Source: an uncultured Thermococci archaeon (GTDB lineage Archaea; Methanobacteriota_B; Thermococci; Thermococcales; CAYNOZ01). From it: DNA of 60,721 bases. The stretch's first letter is position 1. The number at the start of each line of letters is the position of its first letter. Under the pieces are notes generated by a model. It was not told where the DNA came from. It worked only from the letters and a program-made list of their open reading frames with translations, and ran no database searches. The position numbers and the translations under genes are program-made. The stretch covers positions 27,199-87,919 of the forward strand of contig CAYTEI010000002.1 in the NCBI GenBank assembly GCA_964436705.1. Reading direction: 5' to 3'. This document shows positions 41,242 to 50,577 of this stretch, in pieces.

Positions 41242-41952
41242 TTATCCTTCAGAAAAAGAGGAAAGCCTTTCCAAAAGTTTGGACTCCTTAATTTTAGAAA
41301 CCGCAGTTGGTACCTTTTCCCTCTGGGCTATCTCTCGCCCAACTTTATCCATCTCATCAGGACTATGTAAGACAATCATCGCTGGCTTCATTTCTCTAAC
41401 ACGAATAGCAACCATCGGAGACCTACCTGTGGTTACCTTAGTAAATATCAATGCTCTTTCAGTAGTTAAACCATACAATCTTAAAAATTCATCGGCTGTT
41501 AATTCAAGAATAGCCTTTATACTATCGACTACTGTATAACCATAGGCTTTTTTATCAAGTTGATCTTCACAAGCTACTACTTCTGCATCAATAGATTCAA
41601 ATAATTCTTCAGCAGATACTGGATTGGGAAACTCTTTCATCCCTAGGATCACATCTGTGGGGAAGTCTTGTGTCATATGAGAAAATGCGCGGGTGACTTC
41701 CCCTCCTCTGTTTAGATCAATTTCAATTAAAGATTTCACATATTTTTTTATCATATTAGAACCTGGAGATTCTCTTCTACCGCCTTCATAATCACTTATT
41801 ACTGAAGAAGAGACCTTTAAATTTCTGCTTAATTTTGTTTGACTTACTTCAAAGATCTCTCTCCATTTTCTCATTGTTTTTCCAGGCTCTGATGATAAGG
41901 CAATTTCCCCAGCCATCTTTTCCGCAAGTTGCTTTTTTTGCCTTTCATTCAT
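41242..41952 (-). CDS. XRE-type HTH transcriptional regulator with uncharacterised C-terminal domain
   Basis: HTH SQTKLSRNLKVSSSVISDYEGGRR. C-terminal domain of about 150 aa is not recognised. Immediately upstream of the mevalonate trio on the same strand. Confidence 0.65.
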   Translation of the reverse strand: MNERQKKQLAEKMAGEIALSSEPGKTMRKWREIFEVSQTKLSRNLKVSSSVISDYEGGRRESPGSNMIKKYVKSLIEIDLNRGGEVTRAFSHMTQDFPTDVILGMKEFPNPVSAEELFESIDAEVVACEDQLDKKAYGYTVVDSIKAILELTADEFLRLYGLTTERALIFTKVTTGRSPMVAIRVREMKPAMIVLHSPDEMDKVGREIAQREKVPTAVSKIKESKLLERLSSFSEG

Positions 41953-42227
41953 GTCTGATTCTTAACTTATGAAATTTATAAAAGTTACCCGTAGTAAAAT
42001 CTAGAAGAAACATAAACCTAAAAACCTAGTAGAATTTATCTTAAAGATCTTCTTGTCTACCTTGTTTTAAATTTTCATAATACAAATTAAAGTCTTGAAG
42101 GTATCAAAAGATTACTAAATCACATCACTGCTTAATCTCCATATTAATTTACCAGTAACTACTTATATAGATTAAAAATATCTAATAAAAATAAAAATTA
42201 AAAATAAGCTAAACCCTATAACAATAA

Positions 42228-43514
42228 CTATAAAACATTCACTTGCTTAGCCTCTTCTCTCAATTGATCTCTGAAATCTGGATGTGAAATATCAATAAGA
42301 GCCTTAGCTCTATCCCTAACACTTTTACCTTTTAAATGTGCTACTCCGTACTCAGTTACAACGGTATCGATATCGTTATTTCCAATGGTAATCCTGGCAC
42401 CTTCAGGTAGGAAAGTCCGAATAGTGGAAATCTCACCATTCTTAGCTGTCGAAGGAAGGGCGATAACACCAGTTCCTTCATCAGATCTCTGTGCTCCTCT
42501 ATGTGTATCAACTTGTCCACCAGTACCACTATACTGCTTTGGTCCAATCGATTCTGAAACAACCTGACCAGTAAGATCAACCTGCAAAGCTGTGTTTATA
42601 CTTACCATCTTATAATTCTGGCCTATAACACAAGGATCGTTAGTAACACTCCCCTCACGGAATTCTACTACGGGATTATTATCTACAAAGTCATATAGCT
42701 TTTCTGTACCAAGTGCAAAAGCCCCGACCATTCTACCCTTCCATTTAGTCTTTTTTTCACCCGTAACAACTCCTTCATTATATAGATCGACCATATTCTC
42801 CGTGAACATTTCCGTATGAATACCCAAATCCTCTTTGCTCATTAATGAATTAGCAACAGCATTTGGGATACGACCTATTCCAAGCTGAATAGTTGATCCG
42901 TCATCAACTATACCAGCAATATGTTCACCGATCCTTTCTTCAGTTTCTCCAGGCTCTGCTGGAGGAAGAGATACTAAGGCCTGATCATTCTCTACAACGT
43001 AATCAACATCGGAAATATGGAATGCACTATTCCCATATGTTCTAGGATGTTTTCTATTACTCTCTAATACGACCATGTCCGCGTTCTCTATCATCTCTCT
43101 TTCATAGACTAGGCAAGACAAAGTAAAATATCCTTTATCGTCGATAGGGGAACCAGTTACCCAAGCAATGTCAACATCCTCATAGCTCAGTTTACTGGAC
43201 CCTGCGCTATGCAGATTATTAGGAAGATAAGTAACATTACCTTCTCTATTATTCCTCTCGTAGGGCCCATAGAACCAACTTTCATTGAGAACGTTTCCCT
43301 TATCTTCTGATTCTCGAAGCCCATAATCACCAAGCATCAAACAAGATATAACTTTAACATTCTTGAACTCATCTTTCCTACTTCCTAACTTATTCAAAAG
43401 GCCTTGAGGTTCAGAAGCCGCCATACCAACAAGAATGCTATCGTCGGCATCAATTTTATCAATGGCTTCACTAACAGAAATTACCTTTCTATCATACAAA
43501 TTTCCACCCTTCAC
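42228..43514 (-). CDS. Acetyl-CoA hydrolase/transferase-family CoA-transferase (4-hydroxybutyrate/butyrate type)
   Basis: Two-domain family I-like CoA-transferase pattern (GIHTEMF, GPKQYSGTGGQVD). Confidence 0.8.
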   Translation of the reverse strand: MKGGNLYDRKVISVSEAIDKIDADDSILVGMAASEPQGLLNKLGSRKDEFKNVKVISCLMLGDYGLRESEDKGNVLNESWFYGPYERNNREGNVTYLPNNLHSAGSSKLSYEDVDIAWVTGSPIDDKGYFTLSCLVYEREMIENADMVVLESNRKHPRTYGNSAFHISDVDYVVENDQALVSLPPAEPGETEERIGEHIAGIVDDGSTIQLGIGRIPNAVANSLMSKEDLGIHTEMFTENMVDLYNEGVVTGEKKTKWKGRMVGAFALGTEKLYDFVDNNPVVEFREGSVTNDPCVIGQNYKMVSINTALQVDLTGQVVSESIGPKQYSGTGGQVDTHRGAQRSDEGTGVIALPSTAKNGEISTIRTFLPEGARITIGNNDIDTVVTEYGVAHLKGKSVRDRAKALIDISHPDFRDQLREEAKQVNVL

Positions 43515-43689
43515 GAAAAAACACCTACTTTTACCAAACTATAACAAATACCAACTAATTCTCCAAGATTAATAGTCATCATAATAATCATACTTTTTAC
43601 ATTAAAAACTTTACTTTTCATCTTACTATTATAAACCGAAACACAAAAACACATAAGCAAAAGATAAGAGAAAAAAATGATTATCTAAT

Positions 43690-44886
43690 TTATTTTACCA
43701 TGTTTTTAATCGTTTCTTTTATAGACTTGGTATCCTGACTAGTCCATTTACCTATTATCCCTCTTGGCATTGTGAAAACCACTGCTATGAAGAGAATTCC
43801 AACCAATATGTTAGTCCAAGGGCCTATTATTGGGTTTAAAAAGTGTTCAATCAGAATTATGATTGCGGCTCCTAAAATTGCTCCTTTAAGAGTTCCTAAA
43901 CCCCCCAGAACTGCGAATATTAGAGCCCTAATTGTAATAAATGGATCAAATACATTTCCAGCACTGACAGTAAGTAGATACGGTACATAAATACCTCCAG
44001 CTAAACCAGCTATTGCTCCAGATATTACAACTGCCAACAATTTATAATTAAATGGTTTATATCCAAGCACCGAGGTTCTAGTCTCATTTTCTCTGATAGA
44101 TTTCCATACGGATCCTACTGGAGAACTGACTATTCTCCTCGCTATGAAATATACTCCAATTAAAATCGATAAAGATAGATAATATCTAACTGGGGTCATT
44201 CTTTCATAGGAAGGCATTGATTCAAGGTTAGTTAAGTTACCAAACATTAAATAGAAGAAAAACCCTAGAATTACCACTAGAGGTATCAAGATAGCTATTT
44301 GGGTATTTTCAGGTTTATCCTGGATCTTTTTATATACAGAAATTATTAATAAGCCTATTATCACTGCGAATACGGCTATCTGAAAGAATCTTAACATCCA
44401 CATTGATCTTAACAGTTCAGGACTGGATATTATTATACCGCCCTCTCCTCCACTAATACTCTCGAAAGCTCTCTTTTGATACATGGAAAGTACTATCATT
44501 CCAAATGCTAAGCTAAAAAAGGTGAAGGGTATCCCTTTAAAGGATCGTTTAACAAGAAATGATAATAGGACTCCCAAGCCAGCTCCAACTAGAGTACTTA
44601 GTACCAAAGCAATTATATAATTAAGACCCAGCCAACTTAATGAGTAAGCCGTCATATATGCTCCCATTCCAAAGAAAAGGGTTTGACCGAAGTTAAGTAG
44701 TCCTGTATATCCTAATAACATGTCAAAAGATAAGGCAAATAGGGATATTACGAATACTCTTGTTAGGACATCAGCATACGGTAGTCCAAGGTAATAGAAT
44801 ATTGGGTTCAATACGAATAGCATTGTAACAATGCTTAGAGATAAGGTTTTATTCTGTAATGCATCTAGCTTTTCTGATATATTCAT
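43690..44886 (-). CDS. livM: Branched-chain-amino-acid-type (HAAT) ABC permease LivM
   Basis: Polytopic permease; overlaps livH by 4 nt. Confidence 0.85.
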   Translation of the reverse strand: MNISEKLDALQNKTLSLSIVTMLFVLNPIFYYLGLPYADVLTRVFVISLFALSFDMLLGYTGLLNFGQTLFFGMGAYMTAYSLSWLGLNYIIALVLSTLVGAGLGVLLSFLVKRSFKGIPFTFFSLAFGMIVLSMYQKRAFESISGGEGGIIISSPELLRSMWMLRFFQIAVFAVIIGLLIISVYKKIQDKPENTQIAILIPLVVILGFFFYLMFGNLTNLESMPSYERMTPVRYYLSLSILIGVYFIARRIVSSPVGSVWKSIRENETRTSVLGYKPFNYKLLAVVISGAIAGLAGGIYVPYLLTVSAGNVFDPFITIRALIFAVLGGLGTLKGAILGAAIIILIEHFLNPIIGPWTNILVGILFIAVVFTMPRGIIGKWTSQDTKSIKETIKNMVK

Positions 44887-45743
44887 TTGGATCCCCCCAG
44901 TCCCTCAGGCTTTAGTAATAATACTGCGGCCATTAATACGAATAGACTAGGTCCTGCCAAGAATGGTATATAGTATGCGAATAGTTCATGAGTTATTCCG
45001 GCTAGTAGAGCTGCGTAGAAGCTTCCTTTGAATGATCCTAGTCCTCCAATAACTACTATTGCGAATGCGAAAAACAGGTAGTTTAATCCAAGATCCACGC
45101 TAGCGTATACCCATCCAACTGCAGCTGCCCCTCCTAAACCGGCTAATGCACATCCAATGGCAAATACTATTGTGAAGGTTCTTTTTGTGTTCGCACCCAT
45201 GGCTTCTGTCATGTCTGTATCCTCTATTCCTGCCCTAACTATGAGGCCTACATTAGTTTTGTTTAGGAAAAGATAAACCGCTGCAGCCATAAGAAGACCA
45301 AGTATTATTATGAAAAGTCTATAATTGTTCAGTATGAAGGGGCCAGCATTTATGGTTCCTTCTAGGTAGGAAGGAATTTTGTTGTAAGTGCTACTTGCTG
45401 CTCCGTATCTGAGTCGGGCTCCGTAGTGTATTATGTACATAATCCCTAAAGTTGTCAGTATTATTCCCATTTCGTCTCCAAACTTTTTTCTTAGTAAACC
45501 CATTTCGATGATAGCGCCTATAATAGCTACTGTTAGAGTAGCTGATAGAAGGCCAATATAGAAGCTTCCTGTTACGTTAACTATTTCATAGGATATAAAT
45601 GCTCCTAACATGAAAAGGCTTCCATGTGAAAAGTTTACGATATCTTCAAGGCCAAATATTAAGGAAAATCCAGAGGCAATCATAAAATAAAGCATGCTCA
45701 GGGCTAAACCATCTATTATGGCGCTAACTAATGTTGATAACAT
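44883..45743 (-). CDS. livH: HAAT ABC permease LivH
   Basis: Polytopic LivH-like permease (NFSHGSLFMLGAF). Confidence 0.85.
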   Translation of the reverse strand: MLSTLVSAIIDGLALSMLYFMIASGFSLIFGLEDIVNFSHGSLFMLGAFISYEIVNVTGSFYIGLLSATLTVAIIGAIIEMGLLRKKFGDEMGIILTTLGIMYIIHYGARLRYGAASSTYNKIPSYLEGTINAGPFILNNYRLFIIILGLLMAAAVYLFLNKTNVGLIVRAGIEDTDMTEAMGANTKRTFTIVFAIGCALAGLGGAAAVGWVYASVDLGLNYLFFAFAIVVIGGLGSFKGSFYAALLAGITHELFAYYIPFLAGPSLFVLMAAVLLLKPEGLGGSK

Positions 45744-45754
45744 CCTTTTTCCTC

Positions 45755-46462
45755 CTATACAGCTGTTCCCAGATATTTTTTCGCTAATTCTGGGTTATCT
45801 GACACTTCTTTCATGTCACCTTTTCTGACTACTTGACCATCTTCCATGATTACGTACTTTTCTGCAAATTTTTCTGCTAATTCTAAATTATCTGCAACTA
45901 ATAGTATTGAAGATCTTTTCTTAGCCTTTTCCAGTGCCTCATAGGTCTTTTTTGAGTTTTCAGGGCTTAATCCTTCTGTTGGCTCATCTATCAATAATAA
46001 TTCATGATCTCTGGAAACCATTGCTCTTGCAAGCGCAAGAAGCTTTTGCTCCCCACCACTTAAAGCCTTACCATTATGTTGTTCGTATTTTTTTAGAAAC
46101 GGGAACAATTCATATATTTCCTTTAACTTGTCCTGGCTTTCTTTATGCAGCATTCCCATCTTAAGATTTTCTTCAACGGTTAGTTCTGAGAATATACGAG
46201 CTGAATCCGGTACATAACCAATTCCTTTCTTCGCTACTTCAAAGGTTTGAAGACCAGTAATATCTTCTCCTCCAAATCTAATTTGTCCTTTAAAGATAGA
46301 ATTTATCCCTAAAATACTTTCAAGAGTTGTGGTTTTTCCGGCACCATTTCTCCCCAATAGAGCCACTAACTCTCCCTTAGGTATATCAAAAGAAATTCCT
46401 TGTAATACATATGCGTCAGCGATCCTAACATGTATATCCTCAATCTCTAAAATATTATCCAT
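45755..46462 (-). CDS. livF: HAAT ABC ATPase LivF
   Basis: GRNGAGKTT, LSGGEQKLLALARA, LLLIDEPT. Confidence 0.88.
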   Translation of the reverse strand: MDNILEIEDIHVRIADAYVLQGISFDIPKGELVALLGRNGAGKTTTLESILGINSIFKGQIRFGGEDITGLQTFEVAKKGIGYVPDSARIFSELTVEENLKMGMLHKESQDKLKEIYELFPFLKKYEQHNGKALSGGEQKLLALARAMVSRDHELLLIDEPTEGLSPENSKKTYEALEKAKKRSSILLVADNLELAEKFAEKYVIMEDGQVVRKGDMKEVSDNPELAKKYLGTAV

Positions 46463-46466
46463 CTTA

Positions 46467-47234
46467 TCACCCTAAAGCCCCTAAATAAGCTTTTTGCACT
46501 TCTTGGCTTTGCTTAATCTCTTCGGGAGTGCCATCCGCCAGAACCTTACCATCAGCTAGAACAAGAATTTCTTCGGAAACATCCATAACAATATCCATTT
46601 TATGTTCTATTAAAAGCGTAGTTAAGTTTTCTCTTGTCTCACTTAACTTATCGATTACATCAAGTATTTCCGGTATTTCCTCAACGGCCATTCCCGAGGT
46701 TGGTTCATCGAGTAAAAGTAGATCTGGTTCCGTTGCAATTGCCATAGTTACATCTAATTTTCTTTGATCTGCCCGAGTTAGGTTAGATGCAAGCGTATTT
46801 GCCTGATTTCTTAAATCGACCCTTTCTAGAAGATCCATTGCTTTTTCAACGAATTCATCATAGTTACTAGCTTTTGATATGATATTATAAATAATACTTT
46901 TGTCTCCACGACTCTGAGCAGCTAATCTAACATTTTCAAAAGCAGTTAAAGACGGAAATATTTGTGTTAATTGAAACGATCTTGCTATACCTTTTTGAGA
47001 TCTTTCTTCCGGAGAATAATTAGTAATTTCCTCCCCTTGATAAATTACCTTCCCCTCAGTTGGTTTTAAAACACCTGAAAGAAGATTAAAAAAAGTTGTT
47101 TTTCCAGCTCCATTAGGACCTATTAGCGCTCTTAACTTACCCTCCGTAAACTCTATATCCACACTATCTACAGCTGTAATCCCGCCAAAATTCTTTGTTA
47201 AGTTTTCAGTCTTGAGAACTGTCTTCTCAGTCAT
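46467..47234 (-). CDS. livG: HAAT ABC ATPase LivG
   Basis: GPNGAGKTTFFNLLSG, LLLLDEPTSG. ATG 47234 lies 8 nt after GGTGGGTG (the track's GTG 47249 is inside the SD). Confidence 0.88.
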   Translation of the reverse strand: MTEKTVLKTENLTKNFGGITAVDSVDIEFTEGKLRALIGPNGAGKTTFFNLLSGVLKPTEGKVIYQGEEITNYSPEERSQKGIARSFQLTQIFPSLTAFENVRLAAQSRGDKSIIYNIISKASNYDEFVEKAMDLLERVDLRNQANTLASNLTRADQRKLDVTMAIATEPDLLLLDEPTSGMAVEEIPEILDVIDKLSETRENLTTLLIEHKMDIVMDVSEEILVLADGKVLADGTPEEIKQSQEVQKAYLGALG

Positions 47235-47574
47235 TAACCAAACACCCACCTAAAAATTATACTTAATCTTAGGTCCCAAATATTATACATTAAGATATTA
47301 CTAAATATTATTAAAAACTTTTCATGAACTCTGAAACATAAATAAACTAAAGTAATAATCAAGTAGATCCCAAAGCTTAAGATCTGGAAGATAAATAAAG
47401 AAAAATAAAAGAAAATTGTAATTCCCAAGAAAATAAGGGTCTATACCAATAATTAGTACAAATATATTAAAGGAAAAATATCTAATTCTATTCTTACTAC
47501 TTTTTAAAGTAAAGGAATCTAAAAAGATAATTATCAAAAATATAGCATTTATAGTCTAGTTAGATCTCCTTATT

Positions 47575-47666
47575 GAGTTATAAGCTAAAAGTAGTGATTA
47601 GATAAATATCCTATTTTTGTCTTATTTAAAGAGTTATAATCCAAAAGTTTTTATAAATAGATAAAT
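47575..47666. repeat. Imperfect ~35-nt direct repeat in the livG / FabH-like divergent intergenic region
   Basis: GAGTTATAA(g/t)C(t/c)AAAAGT...TAGATAAAT occurs twice (47575-47607 and 47631-47666), with a period of about 56-59 nt. Confidence 0.45.
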
Positions 47667-47836
47667 TTATACCTTTAAAACAAGTTAAGATGGTGATTTA
47701 GACAGAGTTATTTACCAATAATTAATCAGAGCAATTAAGATAAAAACCTTAAGGAAACTAGTAATTAGATTTAATAATTAACATATAATTACCACTCCGA
47801 TGAGTTTAACTTGTTTAAAAGCTTTTAGGTGATTAA

Positions 47837-48823
47837 ATGTCATATGCAAGGATTTTGTCGTCTGGAATATATGTGCCCTCTGAAACTATGTCAAATGAAG
47901 AATTCGAGGAGAAAGTTGGTCACCAAATCGATCCTTATTATAGTGAAAACTTAGGAATTAATCATCGTCACATTTCCTCCGAAGAGGAAACACCTTCCTA
48001 TATGGCAGCCAGAGCCGTTGAGGAAGCTCTAGACAATGCTAATATAAATCCAAATGACCTTGATTTGTTAATCCTAGGGACTGATACTCCAGAAGCTGTT
48101 AGTCCCCCTACATCCACGAAGGTTCAATATGAAATTGGAGCTCATGAGGAAGAAGTACCCACCTTCGATGTTAACGCCTCCTGTGCCAATGATGGGTTAA
48201 TGCTGGATATAGCATCTAAGTACATTGAAAGTGGTAGGTATGATAACATAATGGTTGTTGGTACTTATGCTATGACTAAATTTCTTTCCTGGAAGTATCA
48301 ATGGGAAGCTCTCTTTTCAGATGGAGCAGGAGCCATTCTTTTAACTTCCAGTGATGAAAAAGGCTATATAGGAGGTGTAGGTAGATCTGATGGAAGTTAC
48401 TGGAATAACTGGGGCATATATATGGGAGCAGGAAACATGGATATAGAGGGAATAAATGAAGGACTGCATAAACTTGATCTTCGTAAGAAGTTCCCATCTA
48501 CTGTGAACGAGGAAGGTTGGCCAATACTCATTAACCAAATGATAGATAAGTTCGATTTTGAGAAAGAAGATATAGGAATGACGTTTTTTACTCAGGTTAG
48601 GAAGAAATCAATAGAGGAAGTAATGGATAAAGTTGATTTACCAATGGATAAGACCCATATGACAATGATGAAATTTGGTTACAGTGGTTCGGCATGTGCT
48701 TATCAAGCTTTTCATGACGCGGCTCAAAGTGGCAAGATGGAAGGCCTTGAAGGGGATGTAGTGCTTTTCATTACCTCAGGTGTAGGGTATCAACAGTATG
48801 GATCCGCCTTTAAATGGGTATAA
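47837..48823 (+). CDS. FabH-like (KS III / thiolase-fold) protein with Cys but apparently without the His-Asn of the catalytic triad
   Basis: FDVNASCANDG aligns with the FabH Cys112 region and FSDGAGAILL with FGDGAGA. FFTQVR sits where VPHQAN is expected, and FGYSGSA where HGNTSAA is expected. AGGTGAT SD. Confidence 0.75.
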   Translation: MSYARILSSGIYVPSETMSNEEFEEKVGHQIDPYYSENLGINHRHISSEEETPSYMAARAVEEALDNANINPNDLDLLILGTDTPEAVSPPTSTKVQYEIGAHEEEVPTFDVNASCANDGLMLDIASKYIESGRYDNIMVVGTYAMTKFLSWKYQWEALFSDGAGAILLTSSDEKGYIGGVGRSDGSYWNNWGIYMGAGNMDIEGINEGLHKLDLRKKFPSTVNEEGWPILINQMIDKFDFEKEDIGMTFFTQVRKKSIEEVMDKVDLPMDKTHMTMMKFGYSGSACAYQAFHDAAQSGKMEGLEGDVVLFITSGVGYQQYGSAFKWV

Positions 48824-48881
48824 CTTAGTTATAGCCTTTTCTTGATTTTTTATTATTTTTAAAACAGTATGAGGGTTTTTC

Positions 48882-49691
48882 ATGACGGACTCGTTTTTAG
48901 AAGTAGATGATGGTAAGATTAGATATCAAACTATTGGAGATAGAGATGATAAGCCCTTCTTATTGTTGAATGGGGTTTTTATGTCTCTTGATCGATGGGA
49001 GCCTATTTCTAGTGATCTCTCTGATGATTACTTTATTGTACTACATGATATGAGATGCCAAGGCGGTTCATTGTGTCCCGATGAGGTTAGTTTAATGGAT
49101 CATGTTAACGATGTTGTAGCTATCATGGATGAACTCGAAATAGAGAAGGCTAATATAGCTGGAACTTCCTATGGAGGGGAAATAGCTCAATTGATTGCCA
49201 TGGAATATCCAGAAAGAGTTGAGGATCTTTCATTAATATCTACTACTTCGGAAATTAGTACGGATATGTACTATATGGCTTTGAGATGGAGAATGGGAGC
49301 GGATTCTAGTGATGCTAGGAAATTTGTTTTATCTTGGATTAATGATGTGTATTCCGGTGGCTTTCTTAGAGATAATCCCGGGATTCTAGATATGCTAGTT
49401 GATAGATTAGAGAAAACTGATTTTAATTTTGATGGTGCTGTTAAGTTATTAGATGCTTTTATGGAATTAAAAGAAAATCCTATAACTCCAGATCTACATA
49501 AGATAGATGTTCCTGTTCAAGTGATTTCTGCTTCCGAAGATAGAGTCAAGCCTCCTGAGTTTGGAAAGAAGATCCAAAATGAAATTAAGAATTCAGATTA
49601 TACAGAGATTGAAGGTTCTGGACATGCAGTAGTGATTGAGAAACCTGATAGACTTTTAAATGTTTTAAGAGAGTTTTTAGAGAGTGATTGA
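48882..49691 (+). CDS. Alpha/beta-hydrolase (Ser-Asp-His)
   Basis: Nucleophile elbow GTSYGG, SASEDRV, GSGHAV. Confidence 0.8.
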   Translation: MTDSFLEVDDGKIRYQTIGDRDDKPFLLLNGVFMSLDRWEPISSDLSDDYFIVLHDMRCQGGSLCPDEVSLMDHVNDVVAIMDELEIEKANIAGTSYGGEIAQLIAMEYPERVEDLSLISTTSEISTDMYYMALRWRMGADSSDARKFVLSWINDVYSGGFLRDNPGILDMLVDRLEKTDFNFDGAVKLLDAFMELKENPITPDLHKIDVPVQVISASEDRVKPPEFGKKIQNEIKNSDYTEIEGSGHAVVIEKPDRLLNVLREFLESD

Positions 49692-49692
49692 T

Positions 49693-50439
49693 ATGTCTAA
49701 TTTAAGTTTAGATTCTATGGAGATCTATTATGAGGATGAAGGAAGTGGAGATCCTTTTGTTCTCGTTCACGGGAATTATGCATCTTCTCAATGGTTCAAT
49801 CCTTTGGTCAATAAAATGGATGGTTTTAGGTTTGTAGCTCCTGATCTTCCTTGCTTTGGAAGATCTTCGAAGCCCGATATAGATCATAAAGTTTCGACCT
49901 ATGCTGATTATCTGGATGGGATCGTTATGGAACTTGGATTAGAAAGGTTTCATTTATTAGGACATTCTCTCGGAGGGGCTATCGCTCTTCAATACTCCAT
50001 AGAAAACCAAAGAAAGGTGAAAAAGCTTTTCTTAGTTGATCCTCCTTCTCCTAAGGGGATGAAGATTTCTATAATTCAGAAAGCCCTTTTTAAGATATTT
50101 AAAAATAGCAAGTTCTTCATTAAGAGTTCTTTAAAAAATTTCGTACCGGAAAGCTATGATGAATTCGATGAAATTTTAGAAGATGCTTTATCTATGAAAG
50201 ATAGCGCCAAAGAGGGTCACACAAAAGCTTTAGAAGAATTCAATGTTATCGATGACCTTAGAGATTTGGACATACCGATTTTTGTTTTCAGGGGAGAGAA
50301 CGATCCTATCATCAAAAGTGAAGATTTGGAACTATATGATGATTATGTCACAGAAATCATATCAGTCAAAGGTGTAGGTCACTCCCCATTCCTTGAAGAT
50401 CCTGAAAGCTTCATCGAACATATTAACGAATTAGTGTAA
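49693..50439 (+). CDS. Alpha/beta-hydrolase (Ser-Asp-His)
   Basis: HGNYAS oxyanion region, GHSLGG elbow, GENDPI, GVGHSP. ATG is 1 nt after the upstream stop (alternative GTG 49684). Confidence 0.8.
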   Translation: MSNLSLDSMEIYYEDEGSGDPFVLVHGNYASSQWFNPLVNKMDGFRFVAPDLPCFGRSSKPDIDHKVSTYADYLDGIVMELGLERFHLLGHSLGGAIALQYSIENQRKVKKLFLVDPPSPKGMKISIIQKALFKIFKNSKFFIKSSLKNFVPESYDEFDEILEDALSMKDSAKEGHTKALEEFNVIDDLRDLDIPIFVFRGENDPIIKSEDLELYDDYVTEIISVKGVGHSPFLEDPESFIEHINELV

Positions 50440-50577
50440 TCATAAACTTGTAAAAGTTTCTTAATCATAGAGAAAATTTACAAATGTTTTATCCAAGGGA
50501 CTTAAAACCTCAAATAAAACTTGATCTGGGAAAACTTATTTAAATAAGTAAAACGATGATGTCTTTGGGTAAAGAAA

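Noticed and set aside
41073-41539. Plus-strand ORFs 41073-41291 and 41114-41539 (141 aa).
   Set aside because: They are antisense to the HMG-CoA synthase 5' end and the XRE regulator, both of which have clear family signatures. The product is Ser/Leu-rich with no motifs.
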